Assembly: GCA_951406725.2 (NCBI GenBank)
Contig: OX597823.1
Coordinates: forward strand, 26,846,001-26,910,000
Length of the DNA stretch: 64,000 bases
Direction of reading: 5' to 3'
Source: Octopus vulgaris
Lineage: Eukaryota
A model generated the notes under the pieces. The model was not told the DNA's origin and did not search any database. It was given only the letters and a program-made list of their open reading frames with translations. The translations under genes and the position numbers were made by a program. Position 1 is the stretch's first letter; every line of letters starts with the position of its first letter. Shown piece after piece: positions 29,670 to 41,154 of the stretch.

Positions 29670-29849
29670 AGTATACCACCATCTCAATATGGCTAACCAC
29701 TAAGGGTGGGTGTTACTGGAGCTTTTGCAAATACCATAAGGGCACAGAAAGTGTGCCTAAAGCCAGCTGGAGACGATGATCTCCTGGGGCTAAAAGCTAC
29801 AGTAACACCCACCCTTAGTGGTTAGCCATATTGAGACGGGTAGTATACT
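29670..29849. mobile_element. MITE-like element with ~57-bp terminal inverted repeats
   Basis: Arms 29670-29726 and 29792-29849 share tctcaatatggctaaccactaagggtgggtgttactg in inverted orientation. Confidence 0.8.
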
Positions 29850-30014
29850 TTACGTTGTCGAGCGGTTACTGTTTACATCTCGTTCAGAGATTTATTATTG
29901 CTATATATATATATATATATATGATTGATTGATTGATTGATTGATTCTAGTTTCAGCCTATGAGCTGTGGCCATGCTGGGGCACCGCCATTTGGTGTTGC
30001 TACTTGGTTTCACT

Positions 30015-33000
30015 TCATGGAGGCTTTCTAGCAACTGCTATTTGGTGCATGAGAGAGTTCGATGCAGCTGCCCTCATATGCCCCTCCTGTCGTGAAGTTG
30101 GTTCATCTGGGACACCTGACAGGAAGAGATCCAGCTTCATTTTAAAGACATCTGTATCCACCCCATGCAGGTCTCTCAGGTTCTTCGGGAGGATATTGAA
30201 GAGCTGTGGGCCTCGGAAGCCCAGGCTATCACAGAATCTTGTCCTACATCTTGATGGTAGGTTTGGAGTCCTAGGCACCACGCAGTGGCGCCCAGTTCTG
30301 GCATTTGCGTAACTCTCGATGCCAAAGTTCAGGACACTTCCCTCCAGGATCTTCCAGATGTATATTATGGCATATCTTTCCCGCCTACGCTCCAGGGAAT
30401 ATAATTTTAATCTCTTGAGTCTTTCCCAGTAGCTTACATTCTGCATAGAGGCTATCTTCTTTGTGTAGCTTCGTTGGATCGCCTCAAGTTCTGTGATCAA
30501 CTTGACACTGGATGGTGACCATAGCTGAGAGCAATAGTCAAAGTGGCTTAGGACAAGTGTCTTCCAGAGGACCATCATGGTTTCTTGTTCTCTTGTTCTA
30601 AAGGTTCTAAGAATCCATCCAGCCAGCCGTCTACATTTCATTGTCAGTTTAGCAACATGTACATGAAAGGTCGCGTCATCACTCATGTGAATACCCAGGT
30701 CACGCACTGATTGTGCCTCTGGGATTGCAATCCCTCCGGGTCCAGTGTATTCATTGGGTATTGCATTCAGTTTTGCATGCTGATAGTATAAAGCTTGAAA
30801 CTTTCCAGCATTGAACTGCATGCTATTGTTTTTAGCCCACTTGTATATTTCGTCCAGCTCACATTGCAGGTGTTTAGTGTCCTCAGGGTTCTGTATTGCC
30901 TGTGAAACTTTTGTATCGTCTGCATAACTTGTGATCGTGGCTCTCTGCGTGGCTGAGGGCATGTCTGAGAGGGCCATTATGAACAGTAGTGGTCCCAGAA
31001 CAGTGCCCTGCGGAACACCGCTCACTATTTGTGTGTTAATGGAGGTGGCCCCATTGGCTACTACCACCTGACTTCTATCCTTCAGAAAGTCATGAAGCCA
31101 TTCTCCCAGTTTTCCAACTATGTTGAGATCACGCAGTTTGTGACATATCATTCCATGATCGACTTTATCAAAGGCCTTTGCAAAGTCGAGATATATCACT
31201 TCCACATTTGAGTGGTTGAGCAGCCGTTTCAGCACCCAGTCATAGTGTTGTAGGAGCTGAGTTAAACAGCTTCTCCTGGTCGGAAACCATGTTGGGTGTC
31301 GGGCAGCAAGTCATTCTCTTCAAGGAAGGTGATCAGCTTCCTTCTGACTATTCGTTCCATGACCTTGCTGATGTGTGAGGTCAGAGAGATAGGTCTATAG
31401 TTCTTGGCTTCCGCTCTGCTACCTCCTTTATGAATGGGGCATATTTTACCTTCCTTCAGTTTTCCTGGAAGTTTGCCAGCTGCAAGGAAGCTCTGAAAGA
31501 GGAACTGCAGTGGTCTTGCTAGGACTCTCTTACATGCTTTTAGGAGGATTGCCGGGAATCCATCGGGGCCAGTAGCTGAGTCTGTTTTCATTTCATCTAT
31601 AGCCTTGGTTACATCGTCTTCCTTTATATCGATGTAATCTATCGTCGCCGCCTCTGATTTTATATCTGCAGTGGTAAAAAAGTCAGTTGGATTGGTGATT
31701 TGGAGATGCCCAAGGGGTGGAGTGAAAACACTCTTGAATTGCTCATTCAGTATTTCACTTACCCTCATTGGTTTTCCTGTAAGTGTGCCATCCTTTTCGA
31801 GGAGTGGCCCTATTCTACAGTGCACTGTAGCTGTTTCTTTGGCATACCTGTAGAAAGCTCTGGGGTTAGATTTTATGTTTTCTATAGCCCAGGCTTCTTT
31901 GTCTGCTCTTTCTTTTTCATGGGAGAGTTGCAGACATTTTTCGATTTTCAACAGTTTTATTTTTAGGCGGGACTTTTCACTGCTTTCAATCTGTTTGTTT
32001 AGGCGATTTGAAAATTTCGTACGCCGTCTCATTAAAATTTTCCTCTCTCTGGGGATTTTGTTCTTGTGTACAGTGGCCTTTCTCTCTGGGACACATTTGT
32101 AGCATATGGCTTGCATTACAGACATGAATTGTTGAAGTTTCACGTCGATGTCTGGCGAGGAGAGACATTTAGGCCAGTTTTGTTTGAGGATCTCTTTCTC
32201 AATTTGTTTCCAGTTTGCCTTATGGTAGTTCAAGCTGGAAAGATTTTGAGGGTTTCTTGTAGGCTGCATGTCCGTGCTCTCTTTTGGCCCGTACATGGTC
32301 AGCTCTATCATGTTGTGATCCGAGAGTAGTGTCGGTGTCACTTTCACATTATGGATGAGATCCACGTCATTTGTGAAGCAGAGATCCAGTGTGTTACCTG
32401 CCCTGGTTGGTTGGAGTATTACCTGCTCCATGTACAGGGTGTTGATGAGGTTCAGGAGGGACCTCGCCTGTCCTCGTTCACATCTTGTCATTCCTGGGAG
32501 AGAAAGGCCCTCGGGCCATCTGACATTGGGCAGATTGAAGTCTCCCATAAGAAGCACACCTATGTGTTGTTCTAATGTGGTTAGAATTTCTTCTATTTTT
32601 ATAAGGCAGTCTTCAAACTTGCCCACATGGCTTGGGGCATCTGGAGGGCGATATGTAGCACACACAACTACATCAAGTTGCTTAATATGTACAATTAGTG
32701 TGTCACACACCGAGTTTGAGTATGACAAGAGGACCTGGGGTGTGAGGTCCTCACGGATGTACATAGCAACACCTCCATGACTCCTTTCTTTCCTGTCGGT
32801 CCGTAGTACAGCATACTGTGGTATGTGTAACTCCGCATCTGCTATGTCCGGTTTCAGGTGCGTTTCTGTAAGTGCTATGCATATGGCTTGATTGCATGCA
32901 ACAAAGTCTCTCAGGAACGGGATCTTTGTCCTGTTACTGAGTGTTTGCAGTCCTCTGATGTTCAGTAGGAGTATCGAGGTGAGGTGTACGTTGTTGCCGG

Positions 33001-33118
33001 CGGTGTCCATCCTGTGTCTGTTTGCTGTGGTGGTCTGGTATATAGTGGGTAGTCCCACCTGCGGGCTTGGGTTTGATGAAGCCAGGTCAGCTGCTGTACA
33101 ATCTTTTGTGCCATGCAC
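30015..33118 (-). pseudogene. LINE ORF2: APE endonuclease plus reverse transcriptase, one 1-bp frameshift at ~31275
   Basis: APE motifs LLNIRGL, ALTETHL, GGVAMYI, YRPP, MGDFN, TLDLCF and SDHNMI. RT motifs NYRPISLTS, QHGFRPG, YLDFAKAFDKVDH, GVPQGTVLGP and YADD. Adding one A restores GRSCLTQLLQHYDWVLKR. The real start may be the ATG at 33010. Confidence 0.93.
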
Positions 33119-33873
33119 AAAAAAGATTGTTGCTCAGCAGCTGCTCTTTCGACAACATCATGTTGGCTGTTTGTGGCGCGCACAACATCTGCGTACCTCC
33201 GCTTTGGGGCAGGTGGTGCGTGGTCCATCCCTTTTCTTTGTGTTGATGGTTTGTCCATCTGCCTCGTGTCTCTGTGGCAGGGTCCCCGATGTGCAAAGCG
33301 GCAGCCTGCACCTTCCTTTCCATGCCAGCAGGAACCTCTCAGGTAGAACATACACACCCGTGTGCGCTGTTTGGTTCCATCCTTTGCGGTTCCACTTCTA
33401 TTTCTGGTTGTTTCACTCTTTGGTCCTGCTTGAGCTTTTTCTTTTCCTTTAGCTCTTCCAGTCCTTCTTTTAGTTCTTCTTCCTCCCTCTACCTCTTCAC
33501 CGGGTTCTCCGTCTCCATGGCCCTTGCTGCCGGTTGGAGAACTTGCACCTGGGTTCACTTCCCGGGCAGGTTTCTCATTCAAAACCTCCTCCCGGGCGTC
33601 CACCAGGTGGGGGTGACTTCTTTCATCGTCTCCATTCTTGCCATCTTTGCCCCGCTCGTTCTCAAAGATGGCATCAAGTGCGCCAATGTGCGACCGTACA
33701 AGCGCATATGAGCGCACGAATTCCTGTCTCTTTCGCTCCATCTGAGCCGCCGTCCTCTTGTAGCCTCTGCTCTTCAGCGCAGCCGCAATCACCTCGCTAG
33801 GGCTATCTCCGCCGGCGCACTCCCATGCTCGTACGAATAAATCCAGCTCGTCACGTCTCCATGCTCTGGACAT
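32962..33873 (-). CDS. LINE ORF1 protein (303 aa): Myb/SANT trihelix-like N-terminus, charged linker, CCCH zinc finger
   Basis: WRRDELDLFVRAW...IAAALKSRGYKRTAAQMERKRQEFVRSY and CMFYLRGSCWHGKEGAGCRFAH (C-x7-C-x8-C-x3-H). The ORF is intact, lies upstream of ORF2 and overlaps it. Confidence 0.8.
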   Translation of the reverse strand: MSRAWRRDELDLFVRAWECAGGDSPSEVIAAALKSRGYKRTAAQMERKRQEFVRSYALVRSHIGALDAIFENERGKDGKNGDDERSHPHLVDAREEVLNEKPAREVNPGASSPTGSKGHGDGEPGEEVEGGRRTKRRTGRAKGKEKAQAGPKSETTRNRSGTAKDGTKQRTRVCMFYLRGSCWHGKEGAGCRFAHRGPCHRDTRQMDKPSTQRKGMDHAPPAPKRRYADVVRATNSQHDVVERAAAEQQSFLCMAQKIVQQLTWLHQTQARRWDYPLYTRPPQQTDTGWTPPATTYTSPRYSY

Positions 33874-33929
33874 GCTGGATAATCCGTCTATCCGTTTATC
33901 TATCTAATTATGTTCGAGAGAAGACAGGA

Positions 33930-35160
33930 AGATATTAAGGCTAATTAGAAGATAGAGTACTTGAAAAAGAAATATTAACAATATTAAAGTTTGTGTAAAA
34001 ACGTTATTTGGGTAAAAACGTTATTTAATCTTAAGGCTAATTAGGGGATAGAGTATCTGAAAATGTATTAGCAATATTAATATTATATTAGAGTGTGGAT
34101 AAAAACGTTGTTTAATCTTAAGGCTAATTAGGAGATAGAGTATCTGAAAATATATTAGCAATATTAATATTATATTAGAGTGTGGGTAAAAAAAAAAACG
34201 TTATTTAATCTTAAGGCTAATTTGGAGATAGAGTATCTGAAAATATATTAGCAATATTAATATTATATTAGAGTGTGGGTAATATTAAACGTTATTTAAT
34301 TTAATCTTAAGGCTAATTAGAAGACAGAGTATCTGAAAAATTATATATACAATATTAAGCAATATTAACCGTTATTTAATTTAATCTTAAGGCTAATTAG
34401 ACGTTATTAATATTAAACGTTATTTAATTTAATCTTAAGGCTAATTAGAAGATAGAGTATCTGAAAATGTATTAGCAATATTAATATTATATTAGAGTGA
34501 AGATAAAAACGTTATTTAATCTTAAGGCTAATCAGGAGATAGAGTATCTGAAAATATATTAGCAATGTTAATATTATATTAGAGTGTGGGTAATATTAAA
34601 CGTTATTTAATTTAATCTTAAGGCTAATTAGAAGATAGAGTATCTGAAGAATTATTAACAATATTAAAACAATATTAAACGTTATTTAATTTAATCTTAA
34701 GGCTAATTAACAATAATTATTAACAATATTAAACAATATTAAACGTTATTTAATTTAATCCTAAGGCTAATTAACAGTAATTATTAACAATATTAAACAA
34801 TATTAAACGTTATTTAATTTAATCCTAAGGCTAATTAACAATAATTATTAACAATATTAAACGTTATTTAATTTAATCTAATCCTAAGGCTAATTAGACG
34901 TTATTAATATTAAACGTTATTTAATTTAATCTTAGGGCTAATTAGAAGATAGAGTATCTGAAAAATTATTAACAATATTAAAACAATATTAAACGTTATT
35001 TAATTTAATCTTAAGGCTAATTAACAATAATTATTAACAATATTAAACAATATTAAACGTTATTTAATTTAATCCTAAGGCTAATTTGACGGTATCAATA
35101 TTAAACGTTATTTAATTTAATCTTAAGGCTAATTAGAAGATAGAGTATCTGGAAAATTAT
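33930..35160. repeat. AT-rich modular tandem repeat (about 17 units) upstream of LINE ORF1
   Basis: Constant core aaacgttatttaa(tttaa)tcytaaggctaatt, followed by a few recurring variable modules. Confidence 0.9.
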
Positions 35161-35605
35161 TATATCGATAATAGATATTGAAAATGTAAACAAACAAAAT
35201 GACGATCGCAACTTTAACTAAGATGTGGGCCTAAGTGAAAGATAAAATAGAATAATAAATAAAATATGAAATAGATGAAATTGATACTTAATCCAACAAT
35301 GTGGTCTGGATTATTTTTTTTTGGTTTACGGGATTTTTTTCAGGAGAGATACTTCTTTTTCTTTCTTGCAGGAGATAACTTGATTTAGTTATTTTTGCAC
35401 CATGTGCGTTTCGGCGAAAATGAAAATTACTGTGTATATGTATATATTTATATATATATTTTTAAAAATATTTTTAACCAAAGTGTTGTAGTGATCTCTA
35501 TGACTTAGAGTTTTACGTTTTGCAACTACAGTGGGTTATTTCGCCGTTCTATGCAAACTTTTTCACAGAGCAAAGGCAATCACGTCTTTCTCTGCTGAAA
35601 ACGGA

Positions 35606-35666
<61 letters not shown>

Positions 35667-35787
35667 TATAATTGTATATACATATACATACATACATACG
35701 CACATGCATTCACACCTATATACACGAGGCCAAACATTCACCCATCTCAACATGTGTTTTATAATTATAATAATGATAATAATCATA

Positions 35788-35843
<56 letters not shown>

Positions 35844-36000
35844 TTATTGCCTTTGCATACCTTCTAACACTGGAAATGTACTACAGTGTCAGCTGTTCAC
35901 TACCAGTAAACTAATGTAACACCTCTTATTTTTCGAGCACCTTCCGAAGTATTCGAGCGATTCCAAGTAGTACTGTTTTCTGAAAGTGTTCCACCCTATT
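35844..36000 (-). mobile_element. R4/Dong-like LINE extreme 3' fragment next to (AAT)n
   Basis: RVEHFQKTVLLGIARILRKVLEK* matches the LQKxxLLGTARILRKVL C-terminus of R4/Dong-type ORFs. The 3' UTR runs into (AAT)n at 35793-35843. Confidence 0.7.
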
Positions 36001-36128
36001 GTTATTATTTTTGTTGTTGTTGTTGTTGTTGTTCTTTTTCTTCTTCTTCTTTAATAATTTTATCCCTTTATATATATGTATATATACACACATATATATA
36101 TACATATATATATATAAATTATATATAT

Positions 36129-36548
36129 AGGCGCAAGAGTGGCTGTGTGGTAAGTAGCCTGCTACCAACCACATGGTTCCGGGTTCAGTCCCACTGCGTG
36201 GCACCTTGGGCAAATGTCTTCTATTATAGCCTCGGGTCGACCAAAGCCTTGTGAGTGGATTTGGTAGACGGAAACTGAAAGAAGCCCGTCGTATATATGT
36301 ATATATATATATATGTATGCGTGTATGTGCTTGTGTGTCTGTGTTTCTCCCCATAGCATTGCTTGACAACCGATGCTGGTGTGTTTGTGTCCCCGTCACA
36401 TAGCGGTTCGGCAAAAGAGACCGATAGAATAAGTACTGGGCTTACAATAGAATAAGTTCCGGGGTCGAGTTGCTCGATTAAAGGCGGTGCTCCAGCATGG
36501 CCGCAGTCAAATGACTGAAACAAGTAAAAGAGTAAAAGAGTAAAGAGT
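36129..36548 (+). mobile_element. Full-length SINE family A (tRNA head, CORE-like motif, internal microsatellite, LINE-like 3' end, (GTAAAAGA)n tail)
   Basis: A/B-box-like head, caccttgggcaa, 3' ggcggtgctccagcatggccgcagtcaaatgactgaaac and an 8-bp tail repeat. Confidence 0.9.
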
Positions 36549-36634
36549 ATATATGTATGTATATATATATAAATTGTGGCCATCCCTTATGTGTTTAAAT
36601 GTATATATATATATACATATATACATATATATAG

Positions 36635-36815
36635 TAGATGAAAAAGGAAGAGCAAACACAAAAACAACAACGCGAGGACGTGGTACATGTAAATTATTAG
36701 CAGACGCTCAGGGGAGGAAAGAAAAATGGTTCAATGTTTCGAGTAGAGCTCTTCTTGAGGAAACTCCTTTAGAAAAGGAAGACGAAGACGGAGGAAGAAA
36801 ATTTTCAACGACTCA
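36635..36815 (-). mobile_element. Degenerate copy of the hammerhead-like short repeat
   Basis: Minus strand reads caagaagagctctactcgaaacattg...cccctgagcgtc, homologous to 5900-5965. Confidence 0.5.
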
Positions 36816-36823
36816 TATGTGGT

Positions 36824-36889
<66 letters not shown>

Positions 36890-36966
36890 ATATATATACT
36901 ATATGTATGTATATCATATGCTTCTGCATATCATATGTGGTTAATATCATATGTGTTACATATATA

Positions 36967-37024
<58 letters not shown>

Positions 37025-37082
37025 TATATACTATTGTATGTATATCATATGCTTCTGCATATATATTGTTACATATGTGGTT

Positions 37083-37117
<35 letters not shown>

Positions 37118-37141
37118 TATATATATTTATATATCATATAG

Positions 37142-37207
<66 letters not shown>

Positions 37208-37787
37208 TATATACATAAATACATACATACACAAGGTGTATGCATGTGTGTGCATGTTACTAGGCTGTATGTATGGTTGCATTTATATATTTACATGGAC
37301 GTTATGTCTGAACATTTTTGTAAAGAAATGTTTCGACCTATAAGAAGCGATATCTTGTCATTAATTAATTTTTTTACATCACAAATATTTACCTCATCAA
37401 CGAATTGAATAGAATATATCTATCGCTACATATATTACACGAGAGAGTATCGTACGTCCTCTTCTGCTCTCCTCTTTCTACTTCAGTTATTCTTTTCAGT
37501 TTTTTCTTCATTTTTATACTTACAAATCGATTATTGGTATTTATATATTTGAAAAAAAACAAAAAAAAAAGCAAAACAAAAACAGAAGTATTACTACATC
37601 CTAGTATATACACACGCACACATCAATATATATATATATATATATATAGATGCAGCGTGGCTGTATGGTAAGACGCTGGCATAGTTACCGTTTCAGTCCC
37701 AATGCGGGGCACCTTGGGCAAATGTCTTCTACTACAGCCTCAGACCAACCAAAGCCTTGTGAGATGGAAACTAAAAGACGTTTCGTC

Positions 37788-37875
<88 letters not shown>

Positions 37876-38209
37876 GGAGGGCATTATTATACATACATGC
37901 CACACGCTAAGAGGGACAAAATTAGTCATTTCTACCAAAAATGTTTACTACCACCGAATGCAATTTTTCAAAGTATGACATTTAAAAATATGGACTTGTA
38001 TCACCTGTGATTTCATACCTCTGTATTCATCAGCAAGTCTGGATGTATCATAAATAAACGAACCCACCTCGTCCAAGCCGAGCAGCTAACTGACTGACTC
38101 TAACGAAGCACATGGGTTGGTTTACATATATTACATCCGGTAAATGGCAGACATTTACGAATTGCATTTCGGGAAAGGAAAGTTTTTTCGGAATAAAAAG
38201 TCTGAGATA

Positions 38210-38378
38210 AAGTTGTGGTGAAGGAGTACAGGAGGGTTCACCCCCTCCCCTGCCGGAGCCTCGTGGAATTTTAGGTGTTTTCGCTCAATAAACACTCACT
38301 ATACCCGGTCTGGGAATCGAAACTGCGATCCTACGACCGCGAGTCCGCTACCCTAACCACTGGGCCATTGCGGCTCCA
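38210..38378 (-). mobile_element. SINE family C 5' part
   Basis: Reverse complement of the family C tRNA head. Confidence 0.85.
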
Positions 38379-38693
38379 CAAGCAAAGAGTAAAACACGTC
38401 TATATGCGCACATACCCGTATGCACTTAGCGGTCATTCAAATAGCTCTTTTGTCTTAATAACGGTCAATCACACAGCAATTTCCCTTTGTTTAACGGTCA
38501 TTTTGATAGCGTTTTTTCCGAGGGCCGGAAAACTGAAGAGATGGCGGCGTGTATTTATCATGGCTACCGAATAATTGTCATATATTACATTTACATATAT
38601 ATATATAGCCATTGTATATTTATGTATGAATGTATGTATGTATGTATGTATGTATGTATGTATGTATGTATGTATGTATGTATGTATGTATGA

Positions 38694-38821
<128 letters not shown>

Positions 38822-39191
38822 GTCTATCTATCTATGCATGTATGTATGCTCGTATGTACGTACATGATGGACTCTTCCGTCGTTAGATGACGTATGAGGG
38901 TTCGAGAATTTCTTACCGAACAACCACACATGATTTGGTTATAGTGATCAAATGTTTTGTGTAGACATAAGCTCACTCCCTCCATCAGATCGACATTATC
39001 TAAACAGCTGCAACTGGGTGCCGCATGTCAGATGTGGAAATGATCGCAGAGCAACATGAAATGAAGTGCTTTGGTCGAGAACAGAACGCCACGGCCGGTC
39101 TGGGAATCGAACCTGCGACCTCGCAATCGTGAGTGCAACACCTTAAACACTAATCTATGTATATGTACGTATGTATGCATGTGTGAGCGTG

Positions 39192-39266
<75 letters not shown>

Positions 39267-39764
39267 TCACATATACCTGCAGATCTGTATATATACCTGT
39301 ATGTACATATACATTCATACACACAGATATATATGCATACACTACATACACATATGTAAACACCAGCATACACTTATATTACAAATGATACGTTAACAGT
39401 TAAAGGTTTAAATAAAAGTCATTGAATTTATTTCGAAGCATTAACCCAGAACAGAAACATCCCACTATTTTGCCTTTCTAAAAGTTAGGAGTATATAAAC
39501 TTGTCACTTATATGGAATGACAGTAGTATCACAGCACGTATCACATGAATATCACAGATAATTGTGTAGGCTCTTAAATACCAGCAAAATGGATGTTGTA
39601 TCCATCAGAATAGTTGCAAGTATTTTATATGTTTGATATTTAGATATTAAAGTTATAATTAATGATATTCTTAGGTTTTATACTTGTTTTAATCATAGAA
39701 CTGATGAGCAAGCTATCTAGGAAATGAATACAGGGACATGAAATAGGAAATGCACACTTTCTAT

Positions 39765-40203
39765 ACTCTTTACTCTTTACTCTTTTACTTGTTTCAGTCA
39801 TTTGACTATGGCCATGCTGGAGCACCGCCTTTAGTCGAGCAAATCGACCCCAGGACTTGCTCTTTGTAAGCCTAGTACTTATTCTATCGGTCTCTTTGCC
39901 GAGCCGCTAAGTTACGGGGACGTAAACATACCAGCATCGGTTGTCAAGCGATGTTGGGGGACAAACACAGACACACAAACAACACACATACATATATATA
40001 CATATACATATATACGACGGGCTTCTTTCAGTTTCCGTCTACCAAATCCACTCACAAGGCTTTGGTCGGCCCGGGGCTATAGTAGAAGACACTTGCCCAA
40101 AGTGCCACGCAGTGGGATTGAACCCGGAACCATGTGGTTCGTAAGAAAGCTACTTACCACACAGTCACTCCTGCGCTTATCCACACAGCCACTCCTGCGC
40201 CTA
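39765..40203 (-). mobile_element. Full-length SINE family A
   Basis: Reverse complement of 36129-36548, including the tail repeats. Confidence 0.9.
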
Positions 40204-41154
40204 TGTATAAAATATTTTCGAATCGTTTCGTACATCAGAGACCCATAAGGAAATCTAAAAGCTAGAGAGTAAGTATAAAAACTCAGAGTCAAACAAGTTT
40301 TCACATGTGTACAAGGGCCGAAATCATTACTGTATTCCTCTCTTCTTGATCCGGCAGCGCTACACGGAGGTATTTCCGGTTCTACACAAACTGTATCGTC
40401 AGCCGATCTTGTCTGTGATGTTTGCAGGGTAAGAAAGCATTCTCCACTCACTCGTCTTGTGACCAATATTATTGACTTGCGGAGTTATGTGGAACAGGTG
40501 TAGGGCGGATCCAGTTGTCAGCCAGATCCGTTGTTGAAGATCGTCCTGCCACCTTCTATTAGCCGGAATTGACAAGCAGTTTTTGTCTCGTGGCCTTGGC
40601 GAAAATGTATAAGACTGCAAGAGCTTAAGAACGACAACTTTCTCTTTGGCCAAAAAGTTTATCAACTGTTTCAAATTTTCCTTGAAAGGAAAAAAATGAG
40701 GTTGGAGAGGGAAGCACTGCCTCTCATTAGTATTTGTTCCGGATCCTTACATTCCGTGTTCGAATCCTGCCGAGGACAACTTTTCGCGGTCGATAAAATA
40801 AAGTACCTCATCATCATATTTCTTTAATAATGTAGAGCATGTATGAATATCTTTTATGATATCTTTCCTCAATCGATGCCATTCGATTACCCAACTTTAT
40901 GTCACTCTTTGTGTCGATCCCTTTCGCCCGTTGCTCTACTAGTTCGGAGAATAGTTGGGACATCGAAAAATGCCTCGTGGTATTTTTTCGGCTTTTAACC
41001 GTCTGAGTCGAAATACCACTGAGAACAATTTCGCCCTTATGTCTCCAGGGCCAACGAAAGAAAAAAAGAACCAGACAAGCACTGATGTCGATTTAACTGA
41101 CTTAAATCATCCAACTAAATATTGATATCCGTAACATTATTACTAGTAATAATA

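Larger units (their letters stand above)
29922..35433 (-). mobile_element. Full-length CR1-group LINE (5' tandem repeats, ORF1, APE-RT ORF2, (AATC)n tail)
   Basis: Two ORFs, a 3' stem-loop and an (AATC)n tail abutting (TA)n. The 5' boundary is inferred from the return of TA-rich sequence at ~35434. Confidence 0.9.

Noticed and set aside
31671-33800. Plus-strand ORFs overlapping the LINE
   Set aside because: They are antisense shadows of ORF1/ORF2 with no recognisable motifs.
33930-35160. CRISPR-like appearance (constant core with variable intervening sequence)
   Set aside because: The intervening modules recur and are related to each other rather than being unique spacers. There are no cas genes and the context is a eukaryotic LINE.
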